From positions 90,001-122,000 of the forward strand of contig OY782392.1 in NCBI GenBank assembly GCA_963677765.1: a stretch of DNA of 32,000 nucleotides, written 5' to 3'. A program made the position numbers and the translations under genes. Shown one piece after another: positions 21,083-31,187 of this stretch. The notes under the pieces are model-generated. The model did not search any database. It had not been told where the DNA came from and saw nothing but the letters and a program-made list of their open reading frames with translations. The stretch's first letter is position 1. The number at the start of each line of letters is the position of its first letter. The stretch comes from Candidatus Saccharimonadota bacterium. Its GTDB lineage: Bacteria > Patescibacteriota > Gracilibacteria > BD1-5 > UBA6164.

Positions 21083-23399
21083 ATATTTTAATTTCTACAG
21101 TATCTCAAAGAGATGGTATAAGTATTTTTATTGATTTCCTATTTTTTAAAACTTCAGATTGTATTTTTTCTGAAAGTCATAAACGAGCTTCGCTTCAATG
21201 AGTTAATGAAATTTTTGCTCATCTATTAATTCTACTTTCATTTAGATATGTTAAGATTTCCTCTTCATCTATATGACCTGAAAATCATTTAATATCAAAA
21301 ATATTACACTTTACTTCATAAACATTTCAATCAATAGAAACTGGTTCTTTTGCCTTGATTTTTCATCATCTTGATTGAGGTGGAGTATATCAAACAAATA
21401 CTACAGTTGACATTCTATTTTCAAGATTTTTTTCCAAATGACTTAAAACAGCACCTCATTCACACATTCATGAAGAAGAAACAATAATCTCTTTTCTATT
21501 TTTTCTTTTTCATAAATATAATCCTTCTTGATCTTCTTTTGTATTAATATATTCAATTACTTCTCTTCAAAATAATTCAATTTGTACATCAGGATTCAAA
21601 AGATTATATTTCTTACCTAAATGATTTAAATAAATAGAAGTTATTTTTCTACTAAGAGGAGAATCTAATACAATATTTTGAAAGAAAATAGATCATTTAA
21701 CTTCATCAATATCTTTTTTTATTAAATCCATTGTTCTTTCTAATTCTTTTGCTTTGATTCAATTTTTATTTAATAGTGATTCATACTCTTTTTTAACTTC
21801 ATTTAATTCTCATTTTAATTCTTCTAATTCATGCTTTGCTCATAAATTATCTAGCATTCTTTCTAACAATGACATTAAAACTTCTTGAGTTCTTTGCATA
21901 GAAAATGTTGGTACAATAACTTTTGCTTTTGCATTTTCTATAGCATCAAAAAATTCAATCATAGATTTTTGTTTATTTGGATGTAATCTACCTGCATAAG
22001 TAGATTCCATTTGAATGTAATCTAATTTTAAATCAGAATATTCAGGCATTCAAGAAAGATTTGGATCTTTTATTCTACCTAAATCTCAACTAAACAATAA
22101 ATTAGTATGCTTTGTAGTTTTTCTTTTGAAACCTGGTATTGAAGCATCTTTTTTTGATAATATTTTTGCGACATCCTCAGTTATAACTGTTATAAGTGCT
22201 TGAACACTTCATTCTATATGTCATGCATCTAAAAATCTAAGCCTTATAGAATCAATTATTTTTCTATTTTTATCATTATTTGTTCTAAGCTTTAACTTTA
22301 TTTGTTTTTTTACTTTGTATAAAAAATCTAAATCATAATCAATTTGATATTTTGCTATCAAACAATCAGATATAGAATCAAAATCCTCAACTCAGTATTC
22401 TTCTAGTATAGCATTATATTTATCATATAATTCTTCAGATTTTTCTCTAGAAACTTCTTCAACAAAATGATAAGCTTCTTCTAATAAATGTTCTAAAGCA
22501 GAATTAGATTCTTCTATTTTTTGATTTTCATCAATAGCCTTCTTTGTATTTTCAATCATTTCATCTAGTTCTTCTCTTACTTGTGAATAAAAAGAAGTAT
22601 CAATATAAATATTTTCTCTAAATCAATTTTTAACTTTTTCCAATAATTCTGATAAAGTATTATTATTATAATTGTCTATATAATATGAATCATTTAATAT
22701 TTGTTCATCTCATATTTCCAAATATTTAACCAATGAAAAAGTTGCATCAATATCATACTCATCAAATAATAATTCAGGAACATCAATTAATTCTTTTTTG
22801 ATATCATCTAATTCATAGATTCAATATTCTTCTGTAACTGCCTTTGCTTCTTTGTATAGTTCATCTATACTTTTATCTCAATATTTTTTAAATAAATTTG
22901 CTTTTAGCTTTTTTCTATCTTCTTTTGATAATTTAGGTGACTTTAACTGAACATAAGAATCAATTATATATAAATAAGATTTAAACTTATTTAAAACTTT
23001 ATTATTTTTTGATTGAATTTCTTCTATTTTTGCTTTCATAATAGAAACATAATCCAATAACATTTCACGAGATTGTAATGCAGTTATTTTAGTCATATAA
23101 ATTGGTTTTTTATAACCATTTTTAACTAAATAAGGAACTCTACCACAATGATCTAAATGAGCATGAGTTAAAACCATCATATCTGTTTCTAATGCTTCCC
23201 TATCAATTTTTGAATTAGCATCTTTATCATTTCTTCATCATTGAAACATTCAATAATCAATTAAAACAGAAACATTTTTCATATCAGATTTAAATCTAGC
23301 AATAGTAGAACTACCTGTAAGAGTTTTAAAGTTTGGACTATCATTAAAACTACCTGTTTCTATTCATCATAAATATTTTATAGAAGCGCTTACTCACAT
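21081..23399 (-). CDS. metallo-beta-lactamase / beta-CASP family RNA-metabolising hydrolase with a large internal insertion, 772 aa
   Basis: ATG at 23397-23399 (minus) to TAA at 21081-21083. Family motifs are VLIDYGMFQGG, MVLTHAHLDHCGRVPYL (HxHxDH), FLDAGHIEGS, LLFSGDLG and VIVPTFSMQRTQEVL (beta-CASP). About 230 residues of charged helical sequence lie between HxHxDH and the AGH motif. Track ORFs 22878-23180 and 21840-22049 are in-frame fragments. Confidence 0.85.
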
Positions 23400-23482
23400 A
23401 TTTTCTAAAATAATGATATAATATACTCATAAACTATAAAATAATTAATAAAATAGTCAAATATATTTTTTATTTAAAATAA

Positions 23483-23515
23483 AAAACCATAAATTTTTCA
23501 ATTATTTATGGTTTT
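23483..23515 (-). terminator. intrinsic terminator for the acidic-protein gene
   Basis: aaaaccataaat (23483-94) pairs with atttatggtttt (23504-15). On the minus-strand transcript a U-run follows the stem. Confidence 0.75.
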
Positions 23516-23528
23516 TGGGTTAAGGCGT

Positions 23529-24404
23529 TTATTTTTTTGTTGGACTTGTTCTAGAAGTGTTTTTATCACTATTATCAAGTCATGTTTTCATTCTCTCTAA
23601 AGACTTAATATTTTTATTAATAGCTTGTTTTTCAGTATTTAATTTTTCGACCTCAATATTTTCATTTTCTACTTGAGATTCTAAATCTTTAATTTCCTCT
23701 TGCAATTTTGAAATATGATTTTCTCTATTAGATATATCTGAATCAATAACTTCTCATCTTTTTTCAAATTTTGAAATAGTATCTATAAGTATATCTTCCA
23801 TAGTTCAAATCGTATTAACATCACTAGAATCTTGTGTATTTACTAAAGAATTATCTTCTATAATATCTTCTTCTAATAATCAAGATGTTAAATCATCAGA
23901 CTCATTAACTTGTTTTGATTTTTCAGATGCATCAGATTCTTCATTATTTACTTCTAAATTATCTTCAGTATCTAAACTATCATCCAATAAACCATCTCAA
24001 AAAACTAAAGAATCTTCTTGATCCTCTTCTTTTTTATTATCAGATTCAACTAAGCCATTTTCTTTATCTTCTGTAATATTTTCTTCTATATCAAAAGATA
24101 AATCATTTCATAAGTGATCATCTTCTTTTATAATTAAGTCATCTTCCTTATTAGCATCTAACTTTACATCATCCATATCAAAAGACATTGTATCATCAGC
24201 TAATATAAAGTCAGAATTATCTGATTTTGATTCTTCTTTTTTTGAGTCTACAGATTCAACATCATCAAATGTAATAATACCATCAAGTGAATCATCAGAA
24301 TTAGATTCTTCTACTTTTGGATCAAAATTAAATTCATCTGAACTATCTGTATCATCTGACAAAATTAACAATTCTTCATCTTTGTTTTTGTCTTTAACTA
24401 CCAT
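23529..24404 (-). CDS. hypothetical highly acidic protein with C-terminal coiled coil (291 aa)
   Basis: Track ORF 24108-24404 extends through TGA codons to TAA at 23529-31. About 200 N-terminal residues are rich in Asp, Glu and Ser. The C-terminal part is heptad-like: ISKFEKRGEVIDSDISNRENHISKLQEEIKDLESQVENENIEVEKLNTEKQAINKNIKSLERMK. Confidence 0.7.
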
Positions 24405-24532
24405 TATATTGTTTATTAATTTTTAATATACAACAAAATAATATCACATATAAAAAATTTATGCAAAAATTTGATAATTAAAAATTATTTAATATAATAA
24501 GCCAGCAATTTTTAAAACTTAAATTTAATAAA

Positions 24533-24865
24533 ATGGACTTTTCAAAAGCATGAGAATTAATGAAACTTCAACAAGAAGCTATGAAAGTAAAAAAAGAATT
24601 AGAAAATACTTATATTGAATCAGAAGTTGATGGTTTAGTTATAACTGTTAATGGTGAAATGAAAGTTGAAAAATCTGAATTTGAAACTGCTAATTTAATA
24701 CCTGGTTTATCTAATGAACAAAAAGCTTTATTAGAAAAAGCTATAACAGATGCTGTTAACAAATGAATAAAAAAATCTCAAGAAGTTGCTGCTGAAAAAA
24801 TGCAATGAGTAATGGGACAAATGGGTATGGGTGATATGCTAGGAGGTTTACCTGGTATGAAATAA
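24533..24865 (+). CDS. ybaB: YbaB/EbfC-family nucleoid-associated DNA-binding protein (110 aa)
   Basis: MDFSKAGELMKLQQEAMKVKKELENTYIESEVDGLVITVNGEMKVEKSEFE...LLEKAITDAVNKGIKKSQEVAAEKMQGVMGQMG. Track ORF 24560-24766 is an internal fragment. Confidence 0.85.
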
Positions 24866-24866
24866 T

Positions 24867-24892
24867 AAAAAAGGCTAATTATAGCCTTTTTT
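24867..24892 (+). terminator. intrinsic terminator after ybaB
   Basis: aaaaaaggcta pairs with tagcctttttt around an atta loop. Confidence 0.75.
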
Positions 24893-24967
24893 ATTATTTC
24901 AAAAAACAATTGAAAAATAGTTTTTTTTAAATAAAATACATAAAGTATTTAAATAGTAAATAAATAG

Positions 24968-26458
24968 ATGAGTTTTAAAAAACAAAAAATTAAAAACAAA
25001 AGTATAAAAAATACCTCTAATTCAAACAAAAAAAATATTTTAAATATTATAGGTATTGTGTCAATATGATTAATTTTTATATTGGCACTATTTGTAGTTA
25101 AAAATATAAACCTTATAAAAATAAAAATAGATGAGCAATGAATGATTGCGTCAATTTCATGAACTACTGTAGAGGAAAAAACAAAAAATTCTCAAAATGA
25201 AAATAATGAAGAAGAATCTTGATCTTTGATATCAAATATTTTTTGAAAAGATGATAAAGAAGAAGTTATAAATATACTACTAACTTGAGTTTGATGAAGT
25301 AATCACGATTGAGGAACTCTAACTGACTCTATATTGTTAGCAAAAATAGATACAAAAGAAAAAGTAATAAGTTTACTATCAATACCTAGAGATCTTTATG
25401 TTTCATATAACTCTAATTTTCTTGCTGAATGAAGAATAAATTGAATATATTCATATTATTCCAATAAATGACAAAATATTGAGTATGGTATGTGAAAACT
25501 AAAATCTAAAGTACAAGAAATAACAGGAGAAAAAATAGATTATTATGTAAATATAGATTTTAATTGATTTATAGAATTAATAGATGCTATTTGATGAATA
25601 ACTTTAGAGATACCTGAAAATTTTGTTGACTATGAATATCCAGATGGAAATTGATGATATAGAACTTTAGTATTTAGAAAATGAACTTGGTTATTCTCAG
25701 GTGAAAATACTTTAAAATACGTTAGAAGTAGACATTCAACTAGTGATTTTGATAGATCTCTTAGGCAACAAAAAGTTATAATGGCTATAAAAGATAAATT
25801 ATCTTGAAGTTTTTTCTTAACATCTCCTTGAAAAATTAAAGAGCTTTATGATGTTTTTACATCAAATGTAAAAACAGATATAAGTTTAACAAAAGTAATA
25901 AGTCTTGCATATCTTATAAATTCAAAAGATGAGCTAAAAATATATTCTTCAAATATGAATGATTCTTGTTTTTATGATAGTTTAAACTGTAGTAAGTGAT
26001 GAATACTATATACTCCTATGAGAGAATTGTTTGATTGACAATCAGTTTTATTGATAAATGGAACTGAAAAATGAAGATTATCAAACTATGTACTATCAAA
26101 GAAGTATTCTGAAATTGTTTTTAAATATCCAAGAATACAAGAAGAAAATTATGAAATAAATATTTTTAATTCTACCTGAGAGCCATGACTAGCTTTGAAT
26201 CTGAGTTATAATATGAAAAGATTTGGTTTTTTAATGCCAGAATCAAATTTCTTATGAAATACAACAGAAGTCTATCCTAAATCAGTTATTTATTATAATA
26301 ATATAGATCCTAATTCTGATACTATAAAAGCAATAAAAGAATTTTATAAATGAGAATTAATAGAAGTAGAATATCCTAAATATTCTAAAAACGAAGCAAA
26401 AATCGAAGTTATAATATGACAGGATTATATAAGCAATAATCTAATATATAATTTTTAA
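24968..26458 (+). CDS. LytR-CpsA-Psr (LCP) family cell-envelope glycopolymer transferase with C-terminal LytR_C-like domain, 496 aa
   Basis: It has an N-terminal TM anchor. The LCP core is INILLTGVGGSNHDGGTLTDSILLAKIDTKEKVISLLSIPRDLYV...VNIDFNGFIELIDAIGGITLEIP...LKYVRSRHSTSDFDRSLRQQKV. TAA at 26456-26458. Confidence 0.88.
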
Positions 26459-26461
26459 AAA

Positions 26462-29400
26462 ATGAATATCAATAAAAATATAAAAAGAAGAAAAATAAAA
26501 AGAAACTACACTAAAAAATCTTCTTATTCAAAAAAGAAAAGTTCAAGTTGAATACTTAGAATTGTTACATATATAATACTATTTTTTATAGTGTTATCAT
26601 TTTTAATGGCACTTGTTTTATATACTAAATATATAAAAGATTTACCTAGTGTATCGGAATTAGAAAATTATAATTTAGATGAATCCTCTACAATATATGA
26701 CAGAGAATGAAATGAATTATACAAGTTTTTTACTGAAAAAAGAACTTATGTAGAATTTGAAAAAATATCAAATAATATGGTAAATGCAATAGTAGCATGA
26801 GAAGATCAAAGATATTGGGAAAACCCATGAATAGATCTTATTTGATTAGCTAGAGCATGAATATATTTTGTAACTTGAAAAAGTTGATGAAAAGTTGAGT
26901 GAACTTCAACTCTAACTCAACAATTGATTAGAAATACAATAATCACAAATGAAAGAAGTATTGAAAGAAAGGTAAAAGAAATTTACTTAGCATATAAATT
27001 AACTTCTTGAGTTTCCAAAGAAAAAATATTAGAATTATATTTAAATAAAATATCTTTTTGACATAATTCTTATGGTATAGAAGAAGCATCAAAAACTTTT
27101 TTCAACAAAAATGCTATTGATTTAAATATATTAGAATCTTCTATTCTTGCATCTCTACCAAAATGACCTACATACTATTCTCCTTATAATCATCCTGATA
27201 GAACATTATGATATTTATATTTTTTCAATGATGAAAATCCTGAAGAAACAACTCAAATAATAAATATAACTGAAGTTACAGAAAACCAAGAAATGGTTGA
27301 TTTATTTAAAGATTCTATATCAAATTTAAAATGAAAAAAAATAAATAACTCTGATGAGATTCTTATATGTTGAGTTAATGACGATTTATTCAAACAAAAA
27401 TACAATATAGATAATGAATGATGTATGGTTATAAATTATCCATCTTTATTGAATTTTTTAAATAATTTAAAATTTGAATATAATGGTAATATTTTAGAAT
27501 ATCAAACTTGAAGAAAAGACTTTATTTTATGAAGAATGCTTGAAGATTGATATATAGATTTTGAAGAATATAAACAAGCTATAATTGACTCTATTTGATA
27601 TGTTTTCAATAAAAATAAAGAAGCTATAAATTCTCCACATTTTGTTTTTTATGTAAAAGAATATATAGAAAAAAAATATGGAAGTGATATTATATCTGTA
27701 GGTTGATTAGATATATATACAACTATAGATCCAGAATTACAAGCAAAAGCTGAAGAAATAGTTAAAAATCAAGTATCAGCTAATACAACAAAATTTAATG
27801 CTAAAAACTGAGCATTAATAAGTATAGATAACAAAACATGAGATATATTATCTATGGTATGATCTTCTGACTATTTTGATGAAGAAAATAAATGACAAGT
27901 TAATGTTGTAACTTCTACCCTACAACCTGGTTCATCATTTAAGCCTTTTGTATATGCATTAGCTATATATAATTCAAAAATATGAAATAAAACTCCTGTT
28001 TATGATGTAGAAACAACTTTTTCATGAAATTATACACCTAAAAACTTTGATGGTAAATTCATGTGAAAAATGAACTTAACTACAGCATTAAATAATTCGA
28101 GAAATATACCTGCTATAAAAATGGTACCTCTTGCTTGATGAGAAAAAAATATAATTGATTTTATGAAAAAACTTTGAGTAGAATCATTAAAAGACCATTG
28201 ACAATATGGTTTATCTCTATGATTAGGTACATGAGAAATGACAGCTCTAGAATTGGCTTGAGCATATAGTGTTTTTGCTAACCTATGAGAAAAAGTAGAA
28301 ATAAATCCTATATTAAAAATAGTAGATACTAAATGAAATATAATAGAAGAAAAAACTGAAACAAAAAAAGAAAAAGTAATTAGTGATGCTCAAAGTTATA
28401 TAATTAATGAGATGCTTAGTGATACTTCTGCTCGTCCTAGTTTTTGGAATAATTATTTATCTCTAAACTGAAGAAAAGTTGCAGCTAAAACAGGGACATC
28501 AAATAAACAATTTTATATAAATTGAAGAAATGAGATATATCCATGAAACTTATGGACAGCATGATATACTCCACAAATAACAACTGTAGCATGGGCATGA
28601 AACACAAACTGAGAAAGGTTATATAAAAATGGTAGTTGACTAGAAGCTGCATGATCTATTTGGAAACAATATATGGAATTTGCACATAAAGACCTAAAAG
28701 CAGAAACTTGGTCTAGACCAAGTAGTGTAAAAGAATTAAATATATCTGAAATAACATGATTACTTCCTAGCCCAGATAATGTATGATCAAATATATTAAC
28801 AAAATCATTGTTTGTTAATTCACCTACTGAATATGATAATAGCTTTCAAAAAGTAAAAATTGATATGCTTTGTAATTGAATTGTATGACCAAATACTCCA
28901 GATAGTGCTATAAAAGAAGCTACTTTAGTACAATTTAGATCTCTTGATCCAAGCAGATCAAACTGGGAAATACCTGTTCAAGAATGGGCTAGATCAGATG
29001 ATGCAATACAAAGATACTGAAATATTCCGAATCTAATAACAAAGATAAATCAAAATACTTGTGATAGATGAGATGTAAAATCAGATATAGTTCTTAAAAG
29101 TAATATTGTTGATGGTTGAAATTATTCTATATGAGAAAATTATATAGAAATTGCATACTCTTCAACAAATCCAATAATAAAATTAGAAGTATACCTTTGA
29201 AATGATTTAATTGAAAGTATTGATATAGAAAATAAAAATAGTTGATCATTTGCATGAAATATATTTTTCTGAGCAAAATATAAAAATAAATCAGCTCCTA
29301 TAACTATAGAAGCTATAGATAAATATTATTACTCTAATAAAGAAACAAAAAATATAAATATATTATCAAGAGATAATGAAGCTCCTATAATAAATATTGA

Positions 29401-29665
29401 AAATCCAATAGATAGTAGTATAAAATTATACAATACTGATTTTTTCAATTTTAGAGCTGAAATATTTGATGTTTCAAAAATAGAAACTATTATATATATA
29501 GACTGAGTTCAAAAATTCAATTTAAATGATACTAGAAGAATAAAACAAGAAATAAATTCTCTAAGAGATTTAGAGATTTGAAATCATGTTATAACAATAG
29601 AATCTGTTGATATATATTGAAATAAATCAGAAAAAAATATTGATTTAGAAGTGATACAAAAATAA
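26462..29665 (+). CDS. class A penicillin-binding protein (GT51 glycosyltransferase + transpeptidase) with extra insertion and C-terminal Ig-like repeats, 1067 aa
   Basis: GT51 motifs are [29 protein letters not shown] and [13 protein letters not shown]. Transpeptidase motifs are [11 protein letters not shown] (SxxK), NNSRN (SxN-like) and AAKTGTS (KTG). It starts 3 nt after the LCP stop. TAA at 29663-29665. Confidence 0.92.
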
Positions 29666-29713
29666 AAGTCAAACAAAAATGAGAATAATTCTCATTTTTG
29701 TTTGACTTTTTTT
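29664..29713 (+). terminator. strong intrinsic terminator after the PBP gene
   Basis: An 18-bp perfect stem, gtcaaacaaaaatgagaa (29668-85) with ttctcatttttgtttgac (29689-706), is extended by A/T pairs and followed by a T-run. Confidence 0.85.
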
Positions 29714-29732
29714 ATATTCTTAATATCTTTAG

Positions 29733-29766
29733 ACTATACTTAATTTTAAAAGAACTTAAGTATAGT
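29733..29766. promoter_or_regulatory. 11-bp perfect inverted repeat upstream of the peroxiredoxin gene (candidate operator)
   Basis: ACTATACTTAA (29733-43), a 12-nt spacer, then TTAAGTATAGT (29756-66). It ends 31 nt before the ATG at 29797. No T-tract follows, so it does not look like a terminator. Confidence 0.4.
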
Positions 29767-29796
29767 GTATTTATTTATTAATAATTAAAATATTAT

Positions 29797-30408
29797 ATGG
29801 AAAACTTAGAATTCCCAATGATAGCAAAAATTGACAATCAAGCTCCTAGTTTTGACTTACCAGCTTATAATCCAAAAACTGATGATGAAGAAAAAATATC
29901 TTTAGAAAGCTTAAAAGGAAAATGGGTAGTTTTATTTTATTATCCAGCTGATTTTACTTTTGTTTGTCCTACTGAATTAAAAGACATGGCAGAAGAAGAA
30001 GCAAAATTTCAAGAATTAGGTGTTGAAATATTAGCAGCTTCTACTGATACTGTTTTTTCTCATAGAGCATGGGTAAAACATGAAAAACTTATGCAAGGTT
30101 TCCCTTATAAAATGCTTGCTGATCACAATACTGAAATAGCTGATTTATATAATATATTAGATGAAGAAACTGGTATTGCTGGTAGAGGTACATTTATAAT
30201 TGATCCAAAAGGTATAATTAGAGGTATAGAAGTTACTAGTGGACCTTTAGGAAGAAATAGTTCTGAATTAATAAGAAAAATTGAAGCATTACAATTTATG
30301 GAAGAAAATCCTGGTACTGCTTGTCCTGCAAAATGGGCAGTATGAGCAAAAACTTTGAAACCATCAATAAAAATTGCTTGAGAAGTAGGTGAAGAATTAG
30401 AAAAATAA
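29797..30408 (+). CDS. typical 2-Cys peroxiredoxin (AhpC/Tsa family), 203 aa
   Basis: WVVLFYYPADFTFVCPTE holds the peroxidatic Cys and GTACPAKW the resolving Cys. The track ORF ends at TGA 30343-45, but the frame continues as AVGAKTLKPSIKIAGEVGEELEK to TAA at 30406-08. Confidence 0.92.
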
Positions 30409-30413
30409 AAAAT

Positions 30414-30447
30414 AAAAAAATAGAGATTTTAAAATCTCTATTTTTTT
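30414..30447. terminator. bidirectional terminator shared by prx and the convergent ytxH-like gene
   Basis: Perfect palindrome aaaaaaatagagatttt / aaaatctctattttttt. The minus-strand stop codon (30438-40) lies inside it. Confidence 0.8.
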
Positions 30448-30926
30448 ATGTTCTTAATTTCATTTTTTAAATCATTAAATGAAGTTAATAATTTTTCTTT
30501 AAGTTCTTCAACTTTAGCTGGAGCAATTCATTTTAATTCTTCTATTTCTGATAATTTTTCTTTATATAATTCTTCTAATTTTTCAGAAGTTGTATAAATA
30601 TAAGATTTACCTTTAACTCTTAATTCTTCAATCAAAATATTTCATTTTTCCTTGTAAGAATCAATTATTTTTATTATTTCTTCTTTGTGTTCATTAAAAA
30701 TAGCTTTATTTTTTTCACTAAGTAATTCTTTTTTTAAGTCATCAATCATATTAGCATGAGTATCTACAAAGTTATCCATTATAACCTTAAAACTTCATTT
30801 ACCAGACTCTTTAGCTGATTCTAATTCTGTTTTTAATTCTTCAGGTTTTTTCTTTGAGTAAATAGAAGCTACTATTCCCCCAGCTATATATCAAGCTGCT
30901 AATAAAAAAATATTTTTTTTAGACAT
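30438..30926 (-). CDS. YtxH-like membrane-anchored helical protein (162 aa)
   Basis: MSKKNIFLLAAGYIAGGIVASIYSKKKPEELKTELESAKESGK... has an N-terminal Gly-rich TM helix, then a Lys/Glu-rich helical region, as in YtxH-family general stress proteins. Confidence 0.6.
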
Positions 30927-31187
30927 ATCTATATAATTAAAAATTAACTAAAAAAGCATACTTAAAAAAGTCTAGTAGTTTTTAACATAAAATAAAACCT
31001 TCAACTTTGTATAAAGCTTTTTTATGATATAATTAAAATAAGATACAAATAATAATTTGTATATGCTTATTAAAAGCTATATTTGATATTTTGTATTATT
31101 TTTTTATACAAAAAAGCAAAAATAGTCACTAATATTATACAAAATATTATAATATTTGCAAAAATTAATTATTAACAAAAAAGATAA

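Noticed and set aside
30927-31187. A CtsR operator (tandem GGTCAAA-type heptads) or a CIRCE element upstream of the Clp ATPase gene.
   Set aside because: I could find no GGTCAAA-like direct repeat and no CIRCE-like palindrome. Only the ATACAAA/TTTGTAT motifs are present, and they are reported separately.
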